From Trichoplax adhaerens (lineage: Eukaryota; Animalia; Placozoa): a stretch of 64,000 nt of DNA. Location of the stretch: assembly GCF_000150275.1 (NCBI RefSeq), contig NW_002060944.1:3662123-3726122 (forward strand). The letters run 5' to 3'. How positions within the stretch are numbered: position 1 is the stretch's first letter; every line of letters begins with the position of its first letter. Shown here piece by piece: positions 37,628 to 52,859 of the stretch. The translations under genes and the position numbers were made by a program. The notes beneath the pieces were generated by a model. That model was given only the letters and a program-made list of their open reading frames with translations. It was not told the DNA's origin and did no database searches.

Positions 37628-40600
37628 GTAGACTAGCTTAACACTGATTCAAAATGAGTCGTAAAAATTGTAAATCAATGAGCGTATAATATACTAGATG
37701 TCTTTCTTAATTACAGATTTTTCATTTTCATTTCCATCATAAAAATGCTCAAAAGCAGCTTTAGCAATATTTGATAAATGGCTCCTTTTTTTATTTTTAC
37801 CCATTACTTCTGTAATGTGAATTGAATAAACGCAATTGCTAATTCATGATCAATTCTATTTACAGTCTATCGATTATGGTGAAGAAAGGAATGCTTTGAT
37901 CTACGCAGCCAAGCGATTGGAAAGAAATATCTTGTTTTTCAACTTAAAACAGACCGTCTACAATTTCTAAATTAACTAGCCCAAATCACCGTGTTATTTC
38001 TATTATAACGGAATTAATACAACAGCATTTCAAGACTATTATAAGTGTGAGAATTTATACTAGGACATCGTTTGGCTTTTTTTAAAGGCCTATAATCATA
38101 CACATTATCGGAAACATTTTTAAATTTTTTAATTTTGAAGTAATAGTACCTATAATTTATGGTGATTCTAAATATAAATATGTATTTCCATAACTGACGA
38201 AATTATTTAAAATTAACCAAATCTCTTTGTATAATTATTTTGAACTACATCAATCTCATCTTATGGCGATCAGCAATTATTACCGAGAATGTTTCTAGAC
38301 ATAAGTTAGACAGTAGTGTATTCCAGGATCATTACCGTTTAGCACTTTTAACATAAATCACTTAGATCGTTGCTGCATTGTGCGATAGTGTTCGATTATA
38401 TTATCAATGGATAGCTTTTACATTGCATTTAATGTAACATAACTTCCAGAATAGTATTATGCTCAATGTACAACAGTTTTAATGCTAGAAAACCGAAGAT
38501 AACAAACCATGCCCATAACTTTCTGAAGTTGTGATTTGTTATTGATACTTGTGATCCTTTAGCAGGTCATATAACTGATATAAGTAGGCATGCCATAATA
38601 CATCCTTTTCTGCATAGCTGGTACTATTAGTAGATACATGGAATAATACTCCACTCTAATGTATATTTATAACTTGCACTGTACTTTTTCTTATGATCTT
38701 ATGACAACACCTGCAATTGTATCACGTGTATTCTAGGGATGCTTAACTCTAACTTTCTACACGCATAAGGATTTGTCAGATTGCTGAATTTTCTCCACTA
38801 ATGTTGTAAAGTGTGAACTTTAGACGTTATCTTTTCATTTCCAAATTTAAAAGCCCAAGTTAACTTTAACATTCGTGATTCACCTTTCAGTTGGTGATTG
38901 TATCTTTAAATGTACAGATTCTGAAGTATTATTACAAATAACAATATCTGTGAATAAGTATAAAATATGTAATTGATTGAATCAGTATATATATACAATC
39001 CTAATCATTGATTAAAATATTCTATAAATATTTGAACATCACAGTTTTAACTTTGTCTTCATGAACTTTATCTCCGTGAAATGAATTATAATCGGGAAAA
39101 CGACGCATTTAAAATGAGTTAAGCTACAGTACATCCAACTAATATGTAGAACTCAGGTAGAAGATCGGAACTGATGATACGATAGTTTCTGTTAGGACTA
39201 TCTTACCGTACCATTTATAGCAATACGAAATCAATTTTTTCGTTAAGAATAATTTAAGGTATGAAAGCATCGTCAGTAAATTCTAAATGAATGGTTATAT
39301 TTTCGTAAACTAGTTATCCGGTGTTATTCTTCACACCTTCACGAATTGATTATTACCCTTGCTATTAAGTGTATAATCTTCGAAACTACCAAGAAAATCA
39401 GCTGAACGAAATACAACTGATTAATTACTGTGATGTGTCATTAACAGTAATCAGTACGAAGACATGCGGACGACGAGACGTTGTTGTATTACTAACGGTG
39501 ATTATCGATATATCAATCTTCAAGGAAAAATTTAACATCCAATTTGGCATTCCTGTTTTCAGAATTTCGTTACTAAACTTAGTTAGAAGCAGATCGAATC
39601 AATAGTGAACAAGCGACTATTTAAAATAATCAATTTCATAGTGACATATTTTCGATGTCTAAAAATTAATATTTATAGTTAATACATGGTTCGGAACTAG
39701 AAACATAAGGCTTTCAAGTCACATAAACTTATTCACGAAAATTTACAGCACCACGAGAAATCCAACTATCAAACACAGTTACTTTGATAGTGCTTACTGA
39801 TCTTTACTGTACTTTCATACTACGTAAATACTTGAGATTCTAAATGTCATGCAAGCAATCTTTATGCTGATATTTCAGACCGTGGGGGCTAGACAACAAT
39901 CGGATTAATCCGCCTAGAATGCAACCATGTATGACTAGATACATACTGCACGTATACTTTTATAGGCGTTTTCGAAGCAGAAACATTTTTACACAATGTA
40001 AGCGATGTACTAGGAAATATAATCTAAGCTATTTAATGCTAAGGGCTTTTTTCGCTTTCCTGTCTAAGAATGTAGTAATGAATCATCGCTGCGTGGCAAA
40101 TTAATGGGTATGGGAGCATATCGTAATCTACGACCGTGGGCTTCTTCTGTAAATACTTCCAAGAGAATATTTCTAATTTGATTCCAGTTATATTACAGCA
40201 AAGCAAGTCTAGTAGTATTGATTTACAGGCAATTTTACAAATGATTGCCTCTAATTAATGTATACTTTAATATATAGTAACGCCGTTGTTGGTATTTACA
40301 GTACAACTTTGTTCTTATTATCTTACACGAGGCGATTCGCTGGCAATGAAACTCAATTTAATAATTGTTTATCGTAGAATACTAATAATTATTATTGAAG
40401 TGTCTAGGAGTTAACCTAGCGTTTTCTGTGATTGTTGAAATATCTCCACGAACTTAGTACAGGATCTGCGAGCTTTTCCGGTTAAGGTCTATAAAAATTT
40501 AGTATAGAGAATTCGGGAATTTATTGATCCAAGCCCATATGCTTAAACTGTTCTATATCGAACTACACATTTAATGTAGAGGACGAAAGATCACTTTTTA

Positions 40601-40639
40601 CCCAGGTATCTAAATTTTAACTATACTATTAACGCTTAC

Positions 40640-41155
40640 AGCACTATGGTAATGATACAATCTGTTGGAGCTACTGATGATATGTGCAGGACATGAGGGA
40701 GCGCCGGTACAGTTCCTAATTTACACTAAAGATCTTTAATTTATTGGATAAACGTCATAAAACGTCAATAACACTCCTCACATCCATCATGGCTAACAAG
40801 ACAATATACTAGAGCTAGTGAAGACATGTGCTCTATATCAGTTAGCACCGGTATGATTCTTCATTTATACTAGAGATCCTTTATATCAAAGATATAAATG
40901 TTAAAATACTATTAATACTATTAACACTATCATGGCTAATAGAGCAATATGCTAGAGCTAGTAAAGACATGTACTCTATATCAGTTAGCACTAGTATAAT
41001 TTCTAATTTACTCTAGAGATACCTTACCGTATATCAAGTAGGTAAATGTCAAAAACACTAATAGCACCCATTATGGCTAAAGGAGCAATATGCCAGAGCT
41101 ACTAAAGACATGTACCCTACATCAATTAGCACCAGTAAAATTTCTAATTTACGTT
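40640..41155. repeat. Diverged tandem repeat, ~143-bp unit, about 4 copies
   Basis: 'catggctaa…caatat.ctagagcta.t.aagacatgt..tcta.atca.ttagcac…ttctaatttac' recurs at ~40645, 40788, 40931 and 41072. Confidence 0.85.
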
Positions 41156-42914
41156 GGCGATTCTACACAAAGATACACAGATAGACAGTATACGTGAATA
41201 TCTACTGGATATAGGACCTCTAATGTACTAGTATACCACTACTATGCAAACTATAAAGCACGTTAAACCATGACTATGTGCATCTTTTACTTATTAGATG
41301 TAGTCCTACTCTCTATTATCCGCTACTTACCTCATACTATGCAAAAACGCCTATTGGTACGGCACCTTCCTGATGATTTTTGTTATTATTCAAGGCACAA
41401 CACCTATTTGAGATTGTAGTCAAGGAATGTGGAAATACATGATTCTTCAATAGGGGTTAGCTAATCGTAACTGATATGAGCTCATGTAGTGCATAAAGAG
41501 ATTTCCATACCGCGCATATATCAGATAATCCGTCGTTTTATTGATTGAAAAAACGACAGTGTCAACGAAATGTTATTAACTTGTTTCATTCATAAGTACA
41601 ACTACATAAATACGAGTATTCAAAAGACTAATGGAGAGGAATAATACTCGTCGATTTTACACTGTATAAAATACTAAAAGTTGAACGTCTTCTAGCATAA
41701 AATTACAACATACACGCAGATAAAGAAGCAAATTAGGCAAATAGAGTGGGTAAAATATTGACAATGTGAAATGATATTAATATACAAGCACGAACATATT
41801 AAACCATATTTTAATGAGATGAATTGATACCACTTGAAATTATGGAGCCTTGAGATGATATCTTTCAACAACTTTCTGTGATCAATTTTGCTCAATTAAT
41901 AATAATAAGTTAAGGAATATTATACAGAAAATGAATTAATATTTTAAGATCCTTCAGCAATAACATTAGTAGAAATGGGTAATCAAAGATAAGTTATAGT
42001 GGAACTAATAGCGGATAAATGTTGAATGGTATTTGTAACAATTTTATAAAAAAAGTAACTTTGGTTCAAGATTAGATTTGTTATTATCACCAATGCCATC
42101 TTCAAATTGCAATATCAAATATCTTGATTAAATTATATTAATTCGTTAATGATTACCTTTAATAATTATTAATAAATCTAAAAGATAAGCAGCTTTTTAA
42201 TATACGTAACATCTAGCTGCATGCAATCTACACAGTGAGGCATTACCTAATATTTATAGGTAATTACATAATACTTGGCCCAGATGTGTGTATACCTAAT
42301 GCATGGAATCATGCATAGTTACATTTTAAGAGAATATTTTAATAGCTGTTGTATTTGGACAATATGGTACGCAATTGCAACAAGTCTGCATGTAGCACTA
42401 GACAATTAATAATTTATCAATAGCATAACATGTCACAGACTAACAAAAAATTATGACGATGTCATTTGCCACGCTCATAAAATCCAAAGTTGCTAATGCA
42501 TCGCTCATATGATAATTTAAAATAATATATATTAAAGATGCTATGGTTAGATTCAACGTAAAAAGTACACTTTATTACGAAATATCAACATATTAATTGT
42601 CTTAAAAGACAGCCCCCTCTTCGGAGAATAATTATACTCGTATAAGCTGGATACCATGAGAAGCTTATGCTTATGGAACACGCCAATTTTCTTACTTTCT
42701 GCGGCACTGTGATTCCATTCGGTTTATGCTATTCAAAAAAAGTACTATGCATTAATTAATGAGAATATTATATTTCAATTTGTGGCTATAATATTCATAC
42801 CCCTCTTAGGTTAGATCCAAATAAAAATTTGTAATTTGATTTATCAAGATTATAAATTTTATTAAATGACTCATTAAATCAGCTTGATGCTTACCTATAT
42901 CAGTAGCCGTTGTT

Positions 42915-45900
42915 CTATTCTAATGGAATACTCTCTTCGCCCGAATTTTCTTGTTCGACATAATGTAATCGACATAACAAACGATTATTTTTCAAAACAA
43001 ATTCTTCACCAGTTGATAGTTGCCGTTTGCAATCATCGCAAGCGAAGCAAGCCAAATGGTACACATTATCTTTAGCGCGCCTAATCCAATCATCCGATGT
43101 TATGTAACGTTTACAGCGAGAGCATTTAACGCCAAACTCCCTATCGATAGCAAATGGACAAGATTTTACAATGTGTTTGCTATAGATTGAAAAGCTACAA
43201 CACAGCGAGTCTACTGGCATGTTCATCCTCCTTCGTATCTATCTACGAAATGATACTATATACTGACAACATTCCCATCGTCAGAAGGTTAAGGTAAAGT
43301 TCTAGATTATCTATGACAAAACTAAACCTAACTTTATTTTGAAAAATCAATCATTTTGTAGTACAGTTGTAATAATTTCAGTCAATAGTACATGGATAAT
43401 ATTATAAAACCAGGCCTTTCTATAAAACTACCTATACGCCATAGATAACGGTATTAACAACAACCATCAAATTATGTTATCTAACGAAAATAAGCTTAGC
43501 ATCTATCCCCCTGAAAGTCACTAACTAGTAATCGTTTATTCAATGTTATTATCACTGATAAACAGATTGCAAAATTTCTTGCATAATTCTCCAGTAAATT
43601 ATCGGTAATGTTCAATAGCAGCGCTATGTTAGGTTATAGCTCTAAGATTTTACAATATTATTCCGATCACTGCATTCGCACGACATCAGAGAATGTATCC
43701 ACTGCAGTATTATCAACAACTAGTGTAGGCGCCATGCTTTTCATGGTAGCCCGACTCATATTATGATACTAAAATACTTTATAGATTTATACATGTGAAA
43801 ATGATCAAATGTAGAAACAAATAACTTTGTTATTGTAATACAGCACTAGGAAATTAATACCGCAAAACATCTGGAGTAAATTGTGTCACTTAAAAAATGT
43901 TACAAGACGTTAACCGTAGTTAATGCACTACGAAAGAGAAAAGTTTCGAGATTTCTTTGATAACTTGTATATAAGCAATTAATAAGGAAATGTACGGTAT
44001 AACGACAAGTATATCTATTATCAATCGTAAATATAATACGTAATTCTAATATTTTTTATAGATATTTGATAAATTATTTAATGCAGATAATAGATATACG
44101 ATAATAGTAAATAAGTACTCCTAATTATAAAAGCGCATGTCAATAGTTAAACGAGTAAGTTTGACCAGAAACGGTGATTTTTAATACAAATCTACTGAAC
44201 GACGGTATTCTACAGAAAAGCATGATGATTAATAATCACTCATTAATAGTCATTATTCCAAATGCCTTATGATGTAGTTGAAGTAGTTTATGTATAAAAA
44301 TATACCTCATTCACTTAAAGACTCTTCTAGCCTTAAAAATTCAATTGTTAGTGACTATATAAGCACTAGATATTTTCTCTATTGTGATAACTCTCATCTG
44401 AAAAAGTAATGCTAGATTATACCCTGTGCAGCCAGTGAAGATTTCCATCTAAATGAACCTGTTAGCACTAGAATTTTTCATATTTTATGACCTAAATTAA
44501 GGTTGTCTAATCTTATAAGGATAACTTTTAGTTTTACCATTAAAATCACTGACAGATTAATTTCGAAATTAATAAAATAATGCTATTTGGATTCATAGTA
44601 GTTCTATGTATTTCAAATTGCTTCTGCTTTGCATCTTAAATTTTAGTTTTCTATCGGTAAATATCATCGGTAATTTGAATTATGACCATTGAATAAGTCT
44701 AACGTTAGTAATCAACATATTTGTACCTCATTTATACGGTAGTAAAACTATATACGTATACTTTAAGATTATTGTAGGATAATATATTTGTATGGTTGGG
44801 CGACGTATTATCGTAAAATACTGCAAATTGCGAACTTATTGTGACCGCGTTTACAACGAAATATCATCAATACAATCTCTGTTAATATAAACATGTGCGT
44901 GATTGAGATATTCCATTCTATAAAATATTACTCGCATTGTGATATTTATGAGATAATTTTACTTCCCATCATACTATAGTCAGCTACCTAATTTACTAGT
45001 AATCTTGCAGTATTAAGAATATTATTGAAGCCTATTTAATGTTCTTGGCGCTAGTGATCGTGACTCATTTCCAGATGAATACATCTCGTATCATCATTAT
45101 AAAATGACACTAAGTATGCAGCATTGTATGCGTAAATAAAAATTTTCAAAATGCTAAAATTCTTAAATGGATATGGGAATGTCGAAGAATCGTCAACTGA
45201 ACTTTCGATAGCAATGGTCTATCAAGAGTGCAATGGACAATTGTTTCATATCAACAATATAGGTATTTGCAAGTGTAATATAGATAGCGTTATTAGCCAT
45301 AGTCCGTCAGCAGCGCAACGGGTTGCAGGACTAGTGATTTGTATAATATACTGTACATCTGTAAATCTACTGCCTATAGAAAGAGCGATAGATAAATCTA
45401 TGATATAAGTATTAATGTACTAAATGTAGCGACTTTTCACTTACTTAAAATAGTCGGATTTGCAATACAGATGATTGTTTTTGATGAAGCATGAGGTAGA
45501 TCCTTGAAGTGACATATTACATTTGAAACACTTTAGGCAATTAGGATGCCAAGAACAATTATCTACACGCCAAATATGACGATCATAAATCACTTGATGA
45601 CAAGCTGAACAAAGAGGGTCAACTGTTATCTAAAATGATTAAAAAGATAATATTATCAGTTTAACTTTAGTAGAATATTTTATAAGTATATATTTTTATC
45701 TATTCAAACGGCGAAAAGATGAGTAATCGAAATATAGCATAGTTAGAAACAAGACAGTAAAATATAAATCACAAAATCGTTATCCCTATCGTAGATTAAT
45801 CCAGAAGTAAAAAGGAAATCACTATTAGTTCGCGATAATAAATTAGCGGAGTGAAGATTTAAAAAAGAGATCGTGAATAATAAATTCAATCAATATATCA

Positions 45901-47254
45901 CTCATTCCCTTATCTAGGATAGTCGCTATTTATCTTTCTCCATGATTCTAATTTTCTTTTATATTCTATTATCCCTTGTCTCCTACACTAATCCCAACTA
46001 TTTGATAATCAGATAAACAGTATAACCAAAATAAAATAGGATTATTTTTGTCTGCAAATGATTGCCGCACTTTCATCTTAATTCACATACTATATTTTTC
46101 AGTATATGTATCTACAATTGTGGGTATTTATTACCACTGATAAGACTTTGCCTTCATGGAGATTGATTTTAACTATTAGTATACTGTAGAGGAAAACAGT
46201 CATAGATTTCTCTATTTATCTTTTAAGTATATACAGAATGCAGGATCATGACAAGGCTTCTAAAATGCTGGATAAGTCACTCATTTTTATTAGATTATGC
46301 TATATGTGATCAAAAAACTTATTATAAAGTAGCTATGAATATCTTTTTTGAAGTATTTTTTAATTAAATATTCATTATAGTTATGAGGCTAGCAAATTGA
46401 TGAAATAAATTTATGGTGCTTAGATTAGGCAATTGGCGTTTTTAAATGCACGTGGGCTATAATTATATAATACTATTAAGATTTAATACTTTACTAAGGA
46501 ATAATTAGGAAGGAAATTTTAGAAATAAAAATGACGAGCATGAAGAGATTTAGTATAACGTAAGCGCTTCTATTTGGAGATGATATGCATTCTAGTGGAT
46601 GTCAAATACAGTTACTACAAGGGTTGCAATACTTAATTTTAATCACCTTTAAAACTAATGATAACTCTACAATTTACAAACATTGTGATTTTTGATTATC
46701 AGTTTATCTTTCCCAGGCTCAATGATACGAGTCAGAAGTTTAGTTAGTTGAACTTGCTGTTGACTGTTGTATATTGATAAAGTAATCTATTGATATTCAA
46801 TTAAAGTTGTAACTCTCGATGACAGTCACTTCAGTACCATCTTTAGTTCAATTTATAAGAAGATAATACAGTATGGTAGGATATATAGATAAATACTAGA
46901 TAATATCTAAATATCAGATCATTATAAAATTAGCTTATACATTGGGTCAGTATGATACAATTTGATGAATAGAATGCATTAAGAACTGGATGCCAAATAT
47001 TTAAGTGATAACGTCGCATTAATCATATTTAGATTGGGACAGAAATAAAATTTGTATAAAACGATATACAAAACAACATGGATCACGTTGAGAAGCATTT
47101 TTGAAACTCATTGTTGCAGTAATTGGCACCAACAATATCAATACGATTGACCTATCCATTTTTGTAAAATATTAGCCTAAATAGCATGCAATGTCGTGAT
47201 ATTTACATCTTGTTGACTTGCTGGATTGGGATAATTTCTTTGATCGGAATCCAT
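42915..47254 (-). CDS. Two-LIM-domain protein of Lhx6/8 (Arrowhead) type, apparently lacking a homeodomain (~152 aa)
   Basis: Exon 47254-47207 (MDSDQRNYPNPASQQD, phase 0; weakest exon), exon 45629-45445 (LIM1: CSACHQVIYDRHIWRVDNCSWHPNCLKCFKCNMSLQGSTSCFIKNNHLYCKSDY) and exon 43140-42915 (LIM2: FGVKCSRCKRYITSDDWIRRAKDNVYHLACFACDDCKRQLSTGEEF…LCRLHY, then TAG). DW.RRA…YHLACFAC..CKRQLSTGEEF is the Lhx6/8 LIM2 signature. Confidence 0.82.
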
Positions 47255-50200
47255 CTAGCCACTACTTTCCAGACTCTTTTTAATCTTGCCAAGTAAACTG
47301 CATTTTATCCAGTTATAGTAAAAAATAATCTTCTTTCATCAATCTCGAGGTAATATCGTCATAAAATTTTGAATAACTGGAGACACTGTCATGAAATATG
47401 CAGTGGACAATAGCTAACTTGGTGCTAACTCGATTTGAAAAAAATAAAATAGTTACAGATAGTAGAATAATGGATAAGATGATCAATAAGTATTTTTGCG
47501 TGGGTTGGATGGAAGCAAGTATGGATAAGTTGTAATAGCTGATATAGTTGTTATAAAGTATTAGAGTTAAGTAAATGATGAATAGATAAAAATAGACTAG
47601 CCTCAATGTATCTACTTTTTTACAAAATGTGGTTAGACATTCAGTGTTACTAGCTTAGAGGTAATTTAAGTTAAAGATATTGACTTTACAATTGGATTGG
47701 AGAATATAAAACAAGCCCAAGGATATTGATCGACGGTTACCTTGTCAAGTTATTGAATACAATCTAGTACAATCAATTAATTATTAAAAAAATTCCTCAA
47801 GATTATCGTACGTAGTAGTTAGTAGAAAGATAGTAAAAAATGATGATAACCAAGCGTAGTCTTATTGTAGGACAAGAAATTTGCTGATAGTCAATGGTGA
47901 TGATAATTACGTTGAATAAGAAAACGATGATATCGACCAAGGATAATAATGATGATCACAAGTTGAAGAGTATTCAAATCGATGATAGGGAACTCAATAA
48001 TAACTAGATCGAGTTGCAGTCAATCGCAATTTTCTCATCAAGATAGCAAGAAAAGTTGAAATATTGCGTGGTCGTCTAGCTCTAACCTCATTTAGCGTGT
48101 TTACCGAAAGATAAGTCAATAACGATGCTAAAAATGATTCTATCGTGTATCAATATACAATATATAACAGTGCCAATAGTCAAGGATTAATTAAACTGAA
48201 GTTATTCGATGGCAATAGCGTTTTATATCGTACTTGAAAGTAGAAAAAAGTGGAAGGGCGTTTAAGGAATTACAGTTACGATAACTACGATTGCAACGTT
48301 ATCATTATGTGTACTTTAGCGCTATATTACTGTACTATACAATGATGTTGCGGTCTAGCAATTGATCAGTTGGTATAATCATGGAGCTTAATGTTACATT
48401 AATCAGCCCACCAATCAATCCATTAGGCAACAATTTTAGAGGATTAAATGTCAATCAAATCTATTCACATTATGGATCTCTTAGCCATTAACTAACAATG
48501 AATAAGGTGTGGCTAAATGGCGCCTTGATGGAATCAACAACTACAGTAAGAAGAAGGAAAGTCTGCAGTAAGCTATTTTTCTTTTGTTTTGCATCGACTG
48601 CATACTTTTACAGTTGCAGACTAGTTAGAAGAAAGAGTAACGAATGGATAGAAAAATTAAGCTCAATCCTACCATGAGCCTTTATTCTTGATTTCCCTAT
48701 TGGTGTTGTACAATCAAAGTTGTCAGCACGTTTATGTTAAATTATAAATATAAGCAATCATTATAATAGATACACAACGATTCGATATGATATGGAGTTG
48801 ATAACTTCCATACAAATGAAATAAAGTTTATCAATTGTAATCAATTGAAAAAAAAAGGAAAATCTGGCCGTTATAATAAGAGTAATATTTGTATATTGTC
48901 TTCTTTCACTAGCTACTGTCCGGCCATCAAAGTTGTGTCGATAGCTCGAAATTGATCGCTAATTTGACCGTTATTGATGGATCTCATTAGTACTTTTTCA
49001 TGAAATTAATGCAAACAAAAAGCGTACCAAGCTGATATCTATAATAATCCACTTCACAACTGAATGTAAACATAAATCAATTCTTTCTATTGCTTGTTAA
49101 CATTAAATGCAGCCAAACACCATATGCAGTCTATAGTTTATTCAATACACCACCTTTAACTTTATTTTTCATCCCACGCTTTGCTTGTAACATTGGTGAA
49201 ACATTAAGTCCATGATAGACTCTACACGAAATCTGACACATGTCAACATTAGGTCGACCGCCAAAAACTACAATTATCGTCACAGTGATCTTTTCTTGAT
49301 CAAGATTAATCCTAAGCAAAGTTCTGACTTGACAAATTTACTTTCAACGCTTCGATAGAGTAGGGAAACAGTTATCGTGCCAGATTGGGAAGAGATCTAC
49401 ACTTCAACATCATTTTCCATTAAGATTATATTAAACCTTATGCCACACAAGATATAAATTATATACTGCAACATTTTTATAGCTATGAATAGCAAAATCT
49501 GAAGCAACTTTACAATATTTTAATGCAAACTTAAGCAAGAAAGCGACAATTCAGGGTAAAATATATCTATTTAGCTACTTTTATCGATGTCTTCATGAAC
49601 TACAGTATAAAAACCTCTATTTAGATAGAGGTGTTTTGTAATCGCAATCTAGCTTTTTAAGCATTTTTTCATCGATATCAAGAGTCTTGATCGAAGGAAC
49701 TCTTAGATAGTACGCCATGGTCAATATTATTTTTGACTTTGGATTATTCAATAATCGATTTATGACGGCAAGCTCATCTATTTAGAATGGTCTACGGAAA
49801 TCCTTACTGATAATTATAGATTTCAATTCCACGTGCTAATACAAGTATATTTAGATAGAGAAAAAATAAGCTAACATAAGGTAGATAATAATTAATGTTG
49901 CATATAAATACCATCGGACTAGTGATACTATTTTCAGATGATAAAACTACATGCTTTATAGGTTACAAAACAGAAGACTCTCACAAGTTCTTAAAGTTAA
50001 GTTTAAATTTGCAGTACTATCTTGCCGAAAATAACTAGCCATTACTTTAAAGATAAAAGGCTAAATTTTCTATTTATTATTTTAATCGCTGGCAGCTTCA
50101 GCAATATTATTTGAAATGAGCCGTAACATCGTCCATTTCAGCTGGTTGCAACTTGCTTCTATTTCCTGTCGTAGAAAATCATTTATGATATACTACTCTA

Positions 50201-51189
50201 CGAGTACTACTCGTTTAATTATACTCAAACTCGTAGTAATCTCTATTCTACTAGCTCTGATGGCGGCATTAGTTAAGCTGGAAGCTACATCTGTTGGTAA
50301 AATTACAATTTCAAAGCAGATATCTCCTAATCCATTAGAAATTTAAAAGAAGATTAATATGTACCAATTCTATACTTTTTGGTCTTTATACATAGATATA
50401 CGAAATAAGTAACTATGTCAATACTGTAGATTAACTTTACTCAACTAATCAAATGATATTTCAGCATTGATATACAACAAGGCTAACTAATATATTTAAT
50501 TCCTGCTTTTCAATATAGCCAATAATGCAGAGCATGCTAATTTAGAGCATTAGATTCGTCATCCATCATGGTATTGTGATAACTTATTTTGTTTTACACT
50601 AGCATAAGTACTCGTATCTCCATAATGTAAGATGCATATGATGTTTAGTCCATAGTCAGGATCCGCTGTGACCAGAAATTATACTTTGTACATCTTCCTA
50701 AAAATACTGAAAGAATACAGTCGTTTAGATTGCTATTAGTTTGATTAAAATAGTCAAATACACCATATTTATCCTCCCTGCAAATTTCTATTCACTTACA
50801 TACTCAAAAGTAATTTTTAAGCTTTCTCCGATTGACGTAGCTTACAATATAATTTGCAACACTAAAAGGGTTTAACCCATAAAATTTATAGTTTTCTGCT
50901 ATTGAATAGGATGATAATTTATAACTAGATGGATTAAATTAACTAAAAGAGATCCTCAAAATTCTAGAATTGCAAATTGTAGAAGCTATTTGCTATCGTC
51001 AGATCTATTTTGCGTTATTGCTAACCTAATTGCCATACTATGATACTACCGTTTCACTAGATACAACCCCAACTGTTCTATTATGGCAGTATGCTAAGTA
51101 CTATGATAAATTACCTGAAGATAATGCAACAAGAATTCCACTTTCCTTTTTAATGCTAGACTTTATAAATGCATAAAGAAATTGTTTAA

Positions 51190-51810
51190 ATTAACTGTAA
51201 GCCTCTTCCATGAATACGTAAAACTAGACTAGATTTTACGAATATAGAATGAACCGTGAGCCTTTTCCATGAAGAACTACTTTTAAAAGCTTCTAATCTA
51301 ACCTCTAACTCGAGCTATTTGGGGACTGCAATACATACAGTATATATTTCAAGGCAATGGATTTCATTCACTAGATCTTATAAAACTGGTAAGAGATCAC
51401 GTTTCAAATTTTAGACATTTGCATTTGTGTCAATATATTCCGCTGTAAGCCTCTTCCAAGAATATGCAAAAATAGACCAGACTTATAAATTTCGCTTTTC
51501 TTCGCGAAATCAGACTTGGTGAACGTAGAAAATGACTTAATGGATTGTAAGCCTCTTCTATGAATAAGTAAAACTAGATTTTATAAATTTTGCTTTTCTT
51601 TGTAATCTAGACTTTATGAATGTAGAAGAATAAGTACTTGTAAAAATTTCTAATCTAACTTAATTCTAACCTTAATTCCATCTTCAAACTTAAGCTATTT
51701 GTGATTACAATATGTACAAGTTCAGCATATTTTTTCAAGGTAATGAATTTCACTTGTTAGATCTTATGCCAATAGAACTTAAATCTTGAGAAACTGGAAG
51801 GAAGATCATA
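51190..51810. repeat. Local imperfect duplication (~350-bp period, with a thrice-repeated ~35-bp subunit)
   Basis: 'tgtaagcctcttc.a.gaata.g.aaaa.taga' at ~51196, 51443 and 51547; 'ttctaatctaac…agctatttg…caagg.aatg.atttca…agatcttat' at ~51290 and ~51647. Confidence 0.7.
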
Positions 51811-52859
51811 TTTTTAATTTTTGCCATTAGGCTTCTTGCCAATTTATTTTGCATTTTGTAAAGGCAGTAGAAAAATTGCGATATTTTTCATTTGCTTAGC
51901 CAGATGCTCGCCTTGATTAATGGCTGCTATCACATCATTGTTGAAACTCTATAATCGAGTCACATGTATTGGTATGCCTTAAAAATTCATAATTTTCAAA
52001 TGTACAACTTTAGCTCTTAAGACTTGTTGCCTTAGTTCTAAAGCTGTATAAGTATTCCAGAAATGAAATAAGATTGCCTAAGGAAATGCACAACACAAAT
52101 GCGAAACTCTAATAACTAATAACTAAAATTTGTCTTGAATCGGAGACAAGACAATGAGAGAAGATGACAAGAGCAGATAATAATTTATAAATATACTGGT
52201 ATTCGTATAGAAAAGCTCATGTTCCTACAAGGATCCTAGATTTCATAACGTTTCCTCATAAGCATCTTGCATGCTGTGTTTATATAGGGTATAATATTCA
52301 TTTCAAGGCAGTTGATTTTGCTGTATTTTCCATACTATAAGAACAGAATCTACACTAACTTTAATGTGAATGCAATGAGATGAATTATCCATTGATTACG
52401 AACTTATTACAATCTTAACGTAGACGAAATGTATTTTTGCATCGCAAAACAATTATCGGATTGAATCAAGGGTATCCCCTACAATGATGGAATAGAACAT
52501 TGATTGGGCCAGATATTTAATAAGGATGAAGGTGCCGTTTGATATTAGATAACTTTGATATGATTATCTACTCCATATTTAAATAGACGATTTGCTACTA
52601 GTAATAAATGATTTGAATAAGCATGATGAGATAGAAAATCGATGAGAGAGCTATAGCTAGATCAAAATGGAACGTGATGAGATAGTAGCATCCCTGCAGT
52701 TATTATTGAGCACCTTACACCAGAAATAGACAACAGTGGGGTATTACTCATCTGTCAATATGAATATGTAAATCGTGTGGCATGCCATCCATTGTATCCA
52801 ATAATATGATTAGGATAACTCAATTTACCGCCAATAACATGCATCAGATTAGAGAATTA

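Noticed and set aside
38560-38950. Minus-strand stretch with coding-like texture (DIVICNNTSESVHLKIQSPTER*…)
   Set aside because: Multiple stops and no family I can recognise; BLASTx would be needed.
41780-41830. Minus-strand 'SIHLIKIWFN' resembling homeodomain helix 3, and 'KARRSCTKF' near 40470
   Set aside because: They lack QN/RxK, are flanked by stops and are in the wrong order for a homeobox; likely chance in AT-rich DNA.
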